Part shown: positions 28,268 to 38,210 of the stretch, in pieces
Numbering within the stretch: the stretch's first letter is position 1
Layout of the letters: the number at the start of each line of letters is the position of its first letter
NCBI GenBank assembly: GCA_038886535.1
Contig: JAVZXS010000005.1
Span: forward strand, 1 to 49,532
Length of the DNA stretch: 49,532 nucleotides
Direction of reading: 5' to 3'
Origin: Candidatus Micrarchaeia archaeon
GTDB lineage: Archaea; Micrarchaeota; Micrarchaeia; CABMEP01
The notes under the pieces: generated by a model
Seen by the model: only the letters and a program-made list of their open reading frames with translations
Told to the model about the DNA's origin: nothing
Databases searched by the model: none
Position numbers and translations under genes: made by a program

Positions 28268-29494
28268 ATGATGATTAATCAACCTCCAAGAGGAATGAGA
28301 GATTTTTATCCGATCGAGGCCAGCATGCGAAGAAGGATTGTTTCAACAATTGAAAATGTTTACATGTCTTACGGCTTTGATCCATATGACACACCTGCAT
28401 TGGAATATCTTGAAGTTCTTGGAAGAAAATCAGGAGAGGAAGTAAAGAAGCAGATATATCAGATAGATGACATGGGGCTAAGGTTTGATTTTACAGTAGG
28501 TCTCGCAAGGTTTATATCAAACACCTCTCTTCCAAAACCTATAAAGGTGTTTAGGTCTGGTCCTGTCTGGCGAAGAGATGAACCACAGAAGGGAAGATTT
28601 AGGGAGTTTTGGCAGTCAGATATAGACATCATAGGCTCAAGCAGTATGAAATGTGAAGCAGAGCTTATAGCATGTGCAAATGATGCATTAATTACACTCG
28701 GTTTCAAAGATGTTAAGTTCAAGTTGAATAATAGAGAGTGCCTGTTTGACATGATGGAAAAGGCAGGAGTGGAAAAAACATTAGTACCTGCAGCAATAAG
28801 AATACTTGACAAGCTTGACAAGAAGGGAGAGGGAGGTGTGAAAACAGAAATGATTGAGGCAGGAATATCAGAAGAATCAATAAAGCTAATATTTAAGTCA
28901 ATCATCTCTAAAAAGAAGGAGTTTGTAGGAAGCGATAAGCTTGCGGAAATAGTTGAAATTGCAAAGGAGTACGGAGTTGATAATATAGAGGTTGACTACT
29001 CCCTCGCTAGAGGGCTTGATTATTATACAGGCCCGATATTTGAAATTAAATCGGGGCCACAGCAACTTAGTATAGGTGGAGGGGGAAGATACGATGAGCT
29101 TTTGGGTCTTTATGGCTCTTCCTCACCTGCAGTAGGTATTTCATTAGGGATAGATAGGATTGCTGAGATAATAAAAGAGAGAGAAGGCATGAAAACAGAT
29201 TCTCCATTTTCACAGGCTGATGTTTATATTGCAAACATAAAGGATGAAACATACAAATACTCAATAAAGGTTGCATCCATAATGAGAAAAGCAGGATTAA
29301 AGGTTTCACTGAATATTACAGAGAGAGACCTCAGGAAGCAATTAGAATATGCAAATTCAATGAAATTCAAATATATTGCAATAATTGGATTGAAGGAAGC
29401 TGAACTCCAGAGGGTGACGCTTAGGAATCTGCAATCAGGAGAAGAAAAACAGCTTCCGATAAAAGATGCAATTGCGATAATAAAGGAAATGTAA
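28268..29494 (+). CDS. hisS: Histidine--tRNA ligase
   Basis: PRGMRDF, LRFDFT, WRRDEPQKGRFREFWQ.D, LARGLDYYTG, GGGRYD. Confidence 0.97.
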   Translation: MMINQPPRGMRDFYPIEASMRRRIVSTIENVYMSYGFDPYDTPALEYLEVLGRKSGEEVKKQIYQIDDMGLRFDFTVGLARFISNTSLPKPIKVFRSGPVWRRDEPQKGRFREFWQSDIDIIGSSSMKCEAELIACANDALITLGFKDVKFKLNNRECLFDMMEKAGVEKTLVPAAIRILDKLDKKGEGGVKTEMIEAGISEESIKLIFKSIISKKKEFVGSDKLAEIVEIAKEYGVDNIEVDYSLARGLDYYTGPIFEIKSGPQQLSIGGGGRYDELLGLYGSSSPAVGISLGIDRIAEIIKEREGMKTDSPFSQADVYIANIKDETYKYSIKVASIMRKAGLKVSLNITERDLRKQLEYANSMKFKYIAIIGLKEAELQRVTLRNLQSGEEKQLPIKDAIAIIKEM

Positions 29495-29604
29495 ATATGT
29501 TATTAAATATAGGTGAGTAAAACAAGATTATTATATCTTGACAAATAATATCTTAATAATAGTGTTAGTAATTAAAACATTAAACAAGGATATAAGGTGT
29601 TGTA

Positions 29605-30120
29605 ATGTCAAATGAGAAGAAAGAGATAAAAAATATAAAAGAATTAACAGAAAAAACAATAGAAGAGGGTGGTGTGCTTTCTACTTTGTACTTTGATGCA
29701 ATAGGAAAAGACAAAGAAAAGATTGAGCAGCTCCTTGTTGAATTGGTGGAAAGGCTGAATTCAGAAAAGGATGTTGTTTACTGCGTAGGAAATATCGAGA
29801 GGGCAATACCTCTTGAAGGTGGAGACTTCTCAGCCGCAGCAAAGGTAACGATTCTTACAAAGAACTTTCCAGCTCTTGCAAGGATATGTGACAATTATGG
29901 TCCAATAGGAGTGGAGATAATAAAGCCGCATGAAATTGTAATAAAGCAAAATGAGGCACAGGCGTTAATATTAGATCATGTTCATACAATTTCAAACCTT
30001 CTAAAGGAGATTGTTGAAAGAACAATGACTCCTGAGGAGAGAAAGAAGCTTGCAAAGATATTGGATGCAAGGGCTGAAAGAGGAAAGGAAATTTTGCAAA
30101 AAGGAGAAAAGAAAGAGTAA
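29605..30120 (+). CDS. Hypothetical alpha/beta protein
   Basis: 171 aa, SD aggtg, YGP..VEI..P segment; function unknown. Confidence 0.7.
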   Translation: MSNEKKEIKNIKELTEKTIEEGGVLSTLYFDAIGKDKEKIEQLLVELVERLNSEKDVVYCVGNIERAIPLEGGDFSAAAKVTILTKNFPALARICDNYGPIGVEIIKPHEIVIKQNEAQALILDHVHTISNLLKEIVERTMTPEERKKLAKILDARAERGKEILQKGEKKE

Positions 30121-30169
30121 TCTACAGATATTTTATATTTAAAAATGCTATTAATAAAAGGTGAAAAAG

Positions 30170-30862
30170 ATGGCAATTAAAGCAGGAATTGCCCCATTTG
30201 GAATAGAAGGATTGGACCATATGCTAGGTGGGGGATTACCTAAAGGCAGCGTAGTTCTTGTATCAGGTGGTACAGGTTCTGGTAAGTCTATTCTTGCAGC
30301 ACAATTTCTTTATAAAGGAATAACTGATTACAAAGAAAGCGGATTTTATATCTCTTTTGACGAGAGAAAGAGATCAATGTACAGGAACCTTGCAAAATTT
30401 GGATGGAATTTTTCAGCTTATGAGGCTCAGAAGAAATTTATATTCATCGAATATCCAATCCATGAGGCTAAGGAATTCCTTTCTCAGGAAAACACTCTGT
30501 TCAATCTTATAGTTGAGCTCGAGATAGAACGGCTTGTAATAGATCCAATCACTCCGTTGACAATGCTCTATGAAGATAGACAAAAGAAAAGACAAGAAAT
30601 GATGAAATTGATCGATACATTGAGAAGCTGGGGTACAACTACTCTCTTAATTTCAGAGCTAAAATCAGGAACTGAAGATATTGGAATAGAGCCCCTTTGT
30701 GATGGAGTAATAAAGCTTACCGATATTCATAATAAAGGATATACGATCAAAACTCTTGAAGTAGTAAAAATGAGAGGCAGCGATATCGTAAAGAAGCCAG
30801 TTCCATACAAGATTGACAAGGACGGAATAAAAGTATATCCAAACCAGTATCTTTATCTCTAG
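30170..30862 (+). CDS. Single-domain KaiC/RAD55-family ATPase
   Basis: GIEGLD.MLGGGLP, GGTGSGKS, YISFDE, RLVIDP, LEVVKMRGS; SD aggtga before ATG 30170. Confidence 0.9.
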   Translation: MAIKAGIAPFGIEGLDHMLGGGLPKGSVVLVSGGTGSGKSILAAQFLYKGITDYKESGFYISFDERKRSMYRNLAKFGWNFSAYEAQKKFIFIEYPIHEAKEFLSQENTLFNLIVELEIERLVIDPITPLTMLYEDRQKKRQEMMKLIDTLRSWGTTTLLISELKSGTEDIGIEPLCDGVIKLTDIHNKGYTIKTLEVVKMRGSDIVKKPVPYKIDKDGIKVYPNQYLYL

Positions 30863-30877
30863 ATCGTTAGTGATTAT

Positions 30878-31963
30878 ATGCAGCATATTGATCCATTTGA
30901 CGTTTCGGATGAAGAAATAAACTATCAGAAGCTTATAGAGGAATTTGGAACACAACCTATTTCAGCAATCAAAAAACTTCCAAACTATAAGGCATTTAGG
31001 AGAGGCTTTGTATTTTCTCACAGAGATTTCGATAAATTTCTATCTGCAATAGAGAAAGGAAACAAAGCATCGATAATAACTGGAGTTAATGCCTCTGGTT
31101 CACTTCACCTTGGGCATAAATGGACAATGGATCTAGTAGTTGCATTGCAAAAAGAGTATAATCTTCCAGTTCTTCTTACGATTTCTGATGATGAGGCATA
31201 TGTAACAGGAAAGGTAAAAGACCAGAAAGAATCGCTTGAAAATGCAAAATTGATATCCGCTCAATTGTTGGCATTGGGTTTTGATCCTAAAAAGACAAGG
31301 ATTTTGATTCATCAGCAGTATACTAAAATTTATAATCTTGCAATAAAGCTATCAAGACATTGTACTATGAATGAGATAAAGGCAATATATGGATTTGATA
31401 TGTCAAAGAACCCGGGCCAATGGTTTTACCCGGTTGTTCAAGCTGCAGATATTCTACTTCCACAAGAGCTTGAGGGTCCGCATCATGTTCTCGTTCCAAT
31501 TGCAATAGATCAAGATCCTCATCTTAGGCTTGCAAGAGACATCGCTGATAGGGTAGGTTATATCAAGCCAGCAACAGTTCATATGCGCTTCCTTAGAGGT
31601 TTGAAAGGTGGAAGTAAGATGTCAAAGAGTAAACCTGGAAGTGCGATTTTCTTGGATGAGGATCCGAAAAAAGCAGCAAAGCTTTGCATGCAGGCGTTGA
31701 CCGGCGGCCAGCCAACTGTGGAAGAGCAAAGAAAATATGGCGGAGATCCCGAGAAGTCAGTAGTTATTGAATACTTAGGCGCGCATTTCATTGAGAGCGA
31801 TTCTGAATTCCAAAAACTCAAGGATGACTATAGGGCAGGAAAAATACTAGACGGAGAGACAAAGCAACTTCTTGCATCTCATGTAGAGAAATATTTGAAT
31901 GAATTTCAGCCAAAGGTAAAGAAGTATCTAGAGAATATTGATGATTATCTAATGAAAGACTAA
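30878..31963 (+). CDS. trpS: Tryptophan--tRNA ligase (archaeal type)
   Basis: SHRDFD, LHLGH, Q.ADIL, IDQDPH.R..RD, KMSKS, ALTGG. Confidence 0.96.
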   Translation: MQHIDPFDVSDEEINYQKLIEEFGTQPISAIKKLPNYKAFRRGFVFSHRDFDKFLSAIEKGNKASIITGVNASGSLHLGHKWTMDLVVALQKEYNLPVLLTISDDEAYVTGKVKDQKESLENAKLISAQLLALGFDPKKTRILIHQQYTKIYNLAIKLSRHCTMNEIKAIYGFDMSKNPGQWFYPVVQAADILLPQELEGPHHVLVPIAIDQDPHLRLARDIADRVGYIKPATVHMRFLRGLKGGSKMSKSKPGSAIFLDEDPKKAAKLCMQALTGGQPTVEEQRKYGGDPEKSVVIEYLGAHFIESDSEFQKLKDDYRAGKILDGETKQLLASHVEKYLNEFQPKVKKYLENIDDYLMKD

Positions 31964-32042
31964 CTCCATACTACAATTCATACAACTTTAAAATAATATT
32001 ATTAAGATCAACTAGATCAAATCAAGCTAATGAGGTGAGGAT

Positions 32043-32522
32043 TTGTTAACAATGAACATATGGGTTTTTCTTCTCTTTACAGCAATAGGTATATGGGGCA
32101 CTGTTTATTATCTTGTAAAAGATAAGACTCCAAAATTAAAATTAAAGGAATTGAATTCGCGTGCAATCAAATTGGGAATTTTCCTTTTGGTGTTTGATTT
32201 TATATTTGAAAATCTTGGCCTTTTATTAGGATATTGGTATACCTCTGGAAGCATTTTGCAGTTAGGGGCAGTTCCAATAGAAGTTATGGGAATTGCATTT
32301 TGTGCAGGCTTTACCTATGCGGTTCTGTTTCCAAGAAAATTTGATACCAAATTAGGTTTCTTTAGTAGCGTATGGATTGCAGCAGCAGGAACAGCAATAG
32401 AAGCAATCTTAGTTAGCCAGGGAGTACTCACATACACCGGAGGATGGACGTCTCTTCATGCATTTGTATCATATTTTGCTGCATTCATGATAATGCACAA
32501 AGTAAACTCAATCCTATACTAA
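32043..32522 (+). CDS. Integral membrane protein with two E...G.W/L.Y repeats
   Basis: FENLGLLLGYWY and IEAILVSQGVLTY; SD gaggtgagg. Confidence 0.7.
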   Translation: MLTMNIWVFLLFTAIGIWGTVYYLVKDKTPKLKLKELNSRAIKLGIFLLVFDFIFENLGLLLGYWYTSGSILQLGAVPIEVMGIAFCAGFTYAVLFPRKFDTKLGFFSSVWIAAAGTAIEAILVSQGVLTYTGGWTSLHAFVSYFAAFMIMHKVNSILY

Positions 32523-32610
32523 ATAGATTATTTATTTTATCTTTTTATTTTTTGTTTATCTCTCTATTTTTTGGCTTTAAATTAGTTCAATCTATTTAAT
32601 CTGTTTAATC

Positions 32611-32919
32611 TTACTCTAGATATATCTCCTCTTGTTCTATCTTTATTTTGTATACTTTAACTGGACTTTTTGCAGGACCGCTCATTGGTTGACCTGTTTC
32701 TAAATCAAAAACAGCTCCATGCCAAGGGCATTGCACATAAGGTTTCCCTTCCTCTATTATCGTTCTCCCTTTACAAAGAGGTCCTTTCATATGGGTGCAT
32801 TCGGCATCAGTCGCATATATTTTTCCAGAGATATTATAGACAGCGATTTTCCTTCCATCAACTTCAAAAACCTTGCATCCATTTTCAGGGATTTCATTTA
32901 ACTTTGCAATTTTTTTCAT
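32611..32919 (-). CDS. Rieske-type [2Fe-2S] ferredoxin
   Basis: CTH...L and CPWHGAVFDL.TG....PA. Confidence 0.93.
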   Translation of the reverse strand: MKKIAKLNEIPENGCKVFEVDGRKIAVYNISGKIYATDAECTHMKGPLCKGRTIIEEGKPYVQCPWHGAVFDLETGQPMSGPAKSPVKVYKIKIEQEEIYLE

Positions 32920-33008
32920 TCTCTCACTTTATAAAATATTTTGAAATTACACAATTTGAGATATATTTTTTGATAAATATTATTAATCTTGTTGCATATT
33001 AAATAAGT

Positions 33009-34163
33009 ATGGACGAAACTAAATTCATTGAAGAGGGAAAAGCAAAGATTACAGTAACAGACTCTGTTTTTTATAATCCACACATGAGATTTAACAGAGA
33101 CATTTCTTCTCTAGTGGTAGGTGGATTAGCAACTGAATTGTCAAAAAACAAAGGAATGCCGTTAAGAATATGCGATGGAATGGCAGCATCAGGGATAAGA
33201 GGAATCAGATATGCAATAGAAAATGAAAATATTGAGCACATTACATTTGTTGATGGAGATCCGGTTGCATGCGACATAATCTCTAAAAATATAGAATTAA
33301 ATATGTTAAAAGAGAGGTCAATTTCTACGAATGTCGTGAATGATGATATAAACCATCATCTATATAGGGGAGGAATGAAATATAATTTCATTGAGTTGGA
33401 TCCCTTCGGTTCGCCAGTGCCTTTCATAAGGGCTGCACTTCTAAATCTTAGGGCTTCGAAAAAAGGTTATCTTTCAGTCACAGCTACAGATACTGCAGTT
33501 TTGTGCGGCGCCCATCCTAGGGCATGCATAATCAATTATGGTTCAAAGCCTATGCAAAGTTCCATATGTCATGAGGTGGGATTAAGGATATTGATAGGAA
33601 ATATAGTCAAAACTGCAGCCCCCCTTCATTTAGGAATCAAGCCATTATTTTCTCTTTCCAAAAGGCATTATATGAAAGCAATCCTCAGAATTGAAAAGTC
33701 AGCAAAATCAGCTTATGATTCAATGCTTCAGCTAGGCTTTGTTTCGCTATGTCAAAAATGTGGCGACATCAGGACTTTTGATAGGCCAAACATTGATAAA
33801 AAATGCGAGCTTTGCGGTTCAAATCTTGACTGGGCTGGCGATCTTTGGCTTGGGCAAATATATGATGCGGAACTGATTGAGAGAATGATCATTCTGAACA
33901 GAGAAAGAAGCTATGAAAGCAAGAAGGAGATAGACTCTATTCTTAATCTGATGAAAGCAGAGAGCAAAATGCCGCCATTTTATTTTGATCTGCATGCCAT
34001 TGCTGACAAATATGATATTCCTTCTCCAAAGTTTGAGGATGTGTTTAATGCACTTAAATCAAAGGGCTTTTCTGTTTCAAGGACTCATTTCAATGTGACT
34101 GCTATAAAGACAAATGCAAATATAAAAGACGTACTTGAAGCGATGAATGTAAAAATACAATAA
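33009..34163 (+). CDS. trm1: tRNA (guanine26-N2)-dimethyltransferase
   Basis: VFYNP.M..NRD, ASGIRGIR, LDPFGSP, VTATD...LCG, E.GLRIL, Zn finger CQKC/CELC, SRTHF. Confidence 0.96.
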   Translation: MDETKFIEEGKAKITVTDSVFYNPHMRFNRDISSLVVGGLATELSKNKGMPLRICDGMAASGIRGIRYAIENENIEHITFVDGDPVACDIISKNIELNMLKERSISTNVVNDDINHHLYRGGMKYNFIELDPFGSPVPFIRAALLNLRASKKGYLSVTATDTAVLCGAHPRACIINYGSKPMQSSICHEVGLRILIGNIVKTAAPLHLGIKPLFSLSKRHYMKAILRIEKSAKSAYDSMLQLGFVSLCQKCGDIRTFDRPNIDKKCELCGSNLDWAGDLWLGQIYDAELIERMIILNRERSYESKKEIDSILNLMKAESKMPPFYFDLHAIADKYDIPSPKFEDVFNALKSKGFSVSRTHFNVTAIKTNANIKDVLEAMNVKIQ

Positions 34164-34192
34164 AATAAAAAATAGAAATGAAGAAAATTAAA

Positions 34193-34633
34193 TTATAAAT
34201 TAAAGGATTTTATTATGTCTCTGAGTTCCTTCGCTCTTTCAATTATCTCGCTTGTTTTTCTTGCCATGTTTGTATAACATTCAGCATATACTGTTTCTAT
34301 CACTTTTCTTGCAATCTGGCTATCAGGATATGCAGTATCTATTATGTTTATTATTCTTCCAGTATCAGTTGTTGAAGCAATCTCTTTGGAAATAGCATTT
34401 ATCCTTGCTTCAGTGTTAGCCTTTTCAACAGCCTTTAATATTGCGCATACCTTGTCTGATGTCTTTTTCATTTTTCTATATTCCTTCATCAGCTGTTCAA
34501 ATCCTTTTTTATCTCCTTTTTCAAGAAGCTTCCAGCCTTTTCGTGTGGGTTTTTCGTTTTTCTTATAGTAGTACTGCTCGACCACTGATTTAAGATATTC
34601 ATTTTTACCTATTGTTTTTTCTATTATTTTCAT
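34193..34633 (-). CDS. Hypothetical helical protein
   Basis: 146-aa ORF downstream of tfb, SD ggtga. Confidence 0.65.
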   Translation of the reverse strand: MKIIEKTIGKNEYLKSVVEQYYYKKNEKPTRKGWKLLEKGDKKGFEQLMKEYRKMKKTSDKVCAILKAVEKANTEARINAISKEIASTTDTGRIINIIDTAYPDSQIARKVIETVYAECYTNMARKTSEIIERAKELRDIIKSFNL

Positions 34634-34668
34634 GTTTTCACCATTACATTTATATTATTTTGACAATT

Positions 34669-35577
34669 TTAGAGATCCACATCTATTTTGAGCTCATCCT
34701 TGAGTTCTCTGTATCTGTTTCTGATAGTGACTTCTGTAACACCAGCAACCTCAGCAACTTCCTTCTGTGTTCGTCTTTCTCCAATCATTGCAGAAGCAAT
34801 ATATACTGCAGCTGCAGCCACTCCAGTTGGACCTCTTCCAGAGACAAGACCTTTGCTCATTGCCTTTTGCAATAATTTTATTGCAAGCTCCTGCACCTTT
34901 CCACTGAGCTTTAATGCAGTGACGAATCTTGATATGTATTCTCTTGGGTCTGTGAGTGGGACTTTCATGCCAAGTTCGTGCATTATGAACCTGTAGGTTC
35001 TTCCTATCTCCTTCTTTTCAACTCCTGCAATTTCTGCTATCTCATCAAGCGTTCTTGGAATTCCATAATCTCTACAAACTGCATATACTACTGCAGCGAC
35101 CACACTTTCAATGAGTCTTCCCCTTATCAATCCCTTTTCAACTGCCTTTCTGTAAAGTAAAGCAGCTGCTTCTTGGATAGATTCTGAAAGTCCTAAATAT
35201 GAGGATATTCTTGCAAGCTCGCTTAAAGCGATTTGAAGGTTTCTTTCCATCGAAGATGAGACAGAAGCTCTCTTGTGCCACTTTCTCATTCTATAAAATT
35301 GTGCCTGCTTCTTGGAGCTGATCTTTACTCCTCTAATGTCTCTATTGTACTGATCAATATCAGTTACCAATCCTTTGTTTGGCCTTGTCAGCTTCAATGG
35401 AGCACCGCTTCTTGCTCTTTTCTCCAGCTGCTCGCTGTCAAAGGCTCTCCACTCTGGGCCTGAATCAAACATATTTTCGGATATAACAAATCCACATTCT
35501 CCACAGACTACTTCGCCTCGCTCATAGTCTCTAATAAGTTTTGTGCTACCACATTCTGGGCATTTTTCTTTAACCAT
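34669..35577 (-). CDS. tfb: Transcription initiation factor IIB
   Basis: CPECG...CGECG Zn ribbon, GPEWRAF B-reader, two cyclin repeats, VTEVTIRNRY. Confidence 0.98.
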   Translation of the reverse strand: MVKEKCPECGSTKLIRDYERGEVVCGECGFVISENMFDSGPEWRAFDSEQLEKRARSGAPLKLTRPNKGLVTDIDQYNRDIRGVKISSKKQAQFYRMRKWHKRASVSSSMERNLQIALSELARISSYLGLSESIQEAAALLYRKAVEKGLIRGRLIESVVAAVVYAVCRDYGIPRTLDEIAEIAGVEKKEIGRTYRFIMHELGMKVPLTDPREYISRFVTALKLSGKVQELAIKLLQKAMSKGLVSGRGPTGVAAAAVYIASAMIGERRTQKEVAEVAGVTEVTIRNRYRELKDELKIDVDL

Positions 35578-35607
35578 TTATACACCTCTAGAATTATAGA
35601 AAGGCCA

Positions 35608-35644
35608 CAAGTAAATCAAAATCTTTAAAAGATTTGATCACTTG
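35608..35644 (-). promoter_or_regulatory. Inverted repeat / hairpin in the tfb leader
   Basis: Minus-strand RNA CAAGUG-AUCAAA-UCUU-uua-AAGA-u-UUUGAU-u-UACUUG, lying between a BRE/TATA (gaaagatttataaa, about 35731-35744) and the SD gaggtg. Confidence 0.5.
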
Positions 35645-35843
35645 GAGCAAAAAGAATAAATTTTTTAGATCACCGTCTATGCAAAACACTTAGATTTATA
35701 TTATTAGTGCTTATAATGAAGCAGTTAAGATTTATAAATCTTTCTATTAGGCTATTCATTTATAATATTTTATCGCGATATATTGAATAATATTATTTTT
35801 GTAAGTAATCTTAATTATTCTGTTTAATTGTTCTGGTGGGATC

Positions 35844-36929
35844 ATGAAAATCAAAGAAGGAAAAATTTACATTTATTATGCATTCGACATTGCAAGTGAG
35901 ATTCATCTTGAGAAGTTAGAAAAGGTATTAGGAAAAAGACCGGTTGAATCACAGATCCAGTATACAAAGCTTACTCCGAGATATGTAAAATATAGTCAGC
36001 CTCCCTATCTCATAACTATAGGAGAAAAACAATTAGAGATCTCTCCAAATAATAAACTAGCTTTTAAAGTCACAGTTAAATTGTATGATTTCGGAGTGGT
36101 AAGTTTAAGATTCTCACTTCCATTTTCTGGTTCTTTTGATGAACTGGAAAAATTAAGTAGTGCTCTTGTAGACAACGAAGTGATAGAAAAAGAAGCAATC
36201 AAACAAATAGAGAGAATAAAGAAAGAATTAGGTGAAGCATTAGTAAAACCATTAGAAAAATTTGAATATGAGGATTATATAATATTCGTTGTAAAAGAAT
36301 TTGAGAAAAAAATCAATGTTAATGACATTGTAAGTCAATACAGTGGGAAGATAGCTTCTGTATTAAGAGCTGAAACAGAAAATTTAAGTGAAATACAAAT
36401 AAAAGATACGCTTAAAACATCTGTTTCTTACTTTGAAGATGATATAGTATTTGTTGACTGGAATGCTGCTTTTATAATCGATCCTAGAGATTCTCTAGAT
36501 ACATTAGAGGTTTTAGAATATGCAAACATAGAACTTCTTGAGCTTAGAACTTATGATAATATATTAGATAAGGAGATAGATTTAGCTTATGATAAATTAA
36601 CACCATCTAAACTTGAATGGACAATAATAGCTATCGATCCATTTTCTAAGACATTAAATAGATTAGAAGAGGTAAAGCTTGATGTAACCCAGGTTATCGA
36701 AAAAGTAGAAAATGCACTTAAACTGGTTGGTGATCCATATCTTGCCAAGGTTTATAATGCAGCTTCAACCTCATTTAAACTTGAAAGCTGGAAAAAGAGC
36801 GTAGAAGAAAAACTTGACATTATAGAAAGCTTCTACAATACGATTGTAAATAGGATTCAAACTGTCAGAATGGTTATACTTGAAACCTTGATAGTTATTT
36901 TCTTTTTAATTGAGATACTTAGATATTGA
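35844..36929 (+). CDS. Hypothetical protein, possibly RMD1/DUF155-like, with C-terminal TM
   Basis: YYAFD, LYDFGVV, LE.AN..LLELR.YD, GDPYLA.VY, LE.LIV pattern. Confidence 0.6.
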   Translation: MKIKEGKIYIYYAFDIASEIHLEKLEKVLGKRPVESQIQYTKLTPRYVKYSQPPYLITIGEKQLEISPNNKLAFKVTVKLYDFGVVSLRFSLPFSGSFDELEKLSSALVDNEVIEKEAIKQIERIKKELGEALVKPLEKFEYEDYIIFVVKEFEKKINVNDIVSQYSGKIASVLRAETENLSEIQIKDTLKTSVSYFEDDIVFVDWNAAFIIDPRDSLDTLEVLEYANIELLELRTYDNILDKEIDLAYDKLTPSKLEWTIIAIDPFSKTLNRLEEVKLDVTQVIEKVENALKLVGDPYLAKVYNAASTSFKLESWKKSVEEKLDIIESFYNTIVNRIQTVRMVILETLIVIFFLIEILRY

Positions 36930-37682
36930 TTAATGTTCGAATATACTACCTACAAACATAATAAGTAGAATACCTATAAGTAGTACTGCAAGTTGTATCG
37001 CAGATTCTTTCTTGTTTGTGGTTATCTGCAATTCAGGTATTAAATCTGCAGCTGCAATATATATAAAGTGTCCTGCAGCTAATGGAAGGAGAAATGCAGT
37101 AATGCTTTGAAATGATACATCAAGAATCAGTATTACCATTGCTCCGATCATTGCAGTTAGTGCAGTAAGAAAATTAAATGCAAGTGCAGTCCATTTGTTT
37201 AAACCACTGTATAGAAGAATTCCAAAATCACCTATCTCCTGCGGAATTTCGTGCATCATAATTGCAATTGTTGTTACTATTCCTAAGGATGGGTCTGTCA
37301 GATAAGCAACTGCAATAACCATCCCATCAATTATATTATGTACTCCGTCCCCGATTATATTTAAATAAGGAAGGGCTTTCTTTCTTTCTCTATGTTTACA
37401 TTGTTTATTGTGACAATGATGCCATAAAATAAATTTTTCTAGTACGAAAAATAAAAGAAATCCTACAAGCACAAGAATCATTGCGGTTTTTGTTTCCATT
37501 ATTTCAAATGATTCAGGTATCAAATCCAAGAATGCTGCTCCAAGCAACGTTCCAGCAGCCAAGCTTATAAGAATTGAAAGGCTTTTTTCTACTGTTTCTT
37601 CTTTAAAATAAAGTGTAAATATTCCGATCAGTGACATTAGACTTACAATTAATACAGAAATAAGAACTTCAAACACGACCAT
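36930..37682 (-). CDS. ZIP-family divalent metal transporter
   Basis: AAGTLLG.AFLDLIPE, His-rich loop WHHCH, DGVHNIIDG, HEIPQEIGDF, FIYIA..DLIPEL. Confidence 0.94.
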   Translation of the reverse strand: MVVFEVLISVLIVSLMSLIGIFTLYFKEETVEKSLSILISLAAGTLLGAAFLDLIPESFEIMETKTAMILVLVGFLLFFVLEKFILWHHCHNKQCKHRERKKALPYLNIIGDGVHNIIDGMVIAVAYLTDPSLGIVTTIAIMMHEIPQEIGDFGILLYSGLNKWTALAFNFLTALTAMIGAMVILILDVSFQSITAFLLPLAAGHFIYIAAADLIPELQITTNKKESAIQLAVLLIGILLIMFVGSIFEH

Positions 37683-37740
37683 AGATAAATCTGCAAAATT
37701 AGATTTATAAATCTTAAAAGGTATGGATAATTAAGGTGGG

Positions 37741-38085
37741 ATGTTGGCATTAAGTTCACAGAAGTTTGGCAGAACAGAAAAAGAGGAGAAAAAAATGAAT
37801 GCACTTTTTAACAGATTAAATGAAAAAGAGAAGAAGCTGCTAGATGATTTGTCAAAGAAGTCTAAGCTGCCAAAAGAAGAAATCGCTGAATTTCTTTTCT
37901 ACAACAGCGCAACTCAGTATGCAATAGATAGGCTGAAGGACCAGAGACCTCAGCATTCACTAATCTTAGAAGAAATTTCACAAAGAATTTCAGAATTAGG
38001 TGACTATAGAGAAATAAAAGAAGAATATCTTTCACTTGTTGAAAAGATAAGAAATCCAGAGAATTGTAAAGAGTTAATAGGATAA
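37741..38085 (+). CDS. Hypothetical protein
   Basis: 114-aa ORF with upstream tttataaa TATA and SD aggtgg. Confidence 0.6.
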   Translation: MLALSSQKFGRTEKEEKKMNALFNRLNEKEKKLLDDLSKKSKLPKEEIAEFLFYNSATQYAIDRLKDQRPQHSLILEEISQRISELGDYREIKEEYLSLVEKIRNPENCKELIG

Positions 38086-38210
38086 AATCCTTTTAGAGTT
38101 CTGCTTAACAGCTTCTAAAAATCCTACAAAGAGAACTTTAATGAGAAAGAAGATTTCTACAAAGCCTCTATAAAGAAATATTTATATATATCTTTTGCAT
38201 TAAATTTTAC

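Noticed and set aside
38086..38175. Possible ncRNA or mini-array (aaaatcct twice, ctacaaag twice, weak hairpin)
   Set aside because: The repeats are only 8 nt, irregularly spaced and expected by chance in AT-rich DNA.
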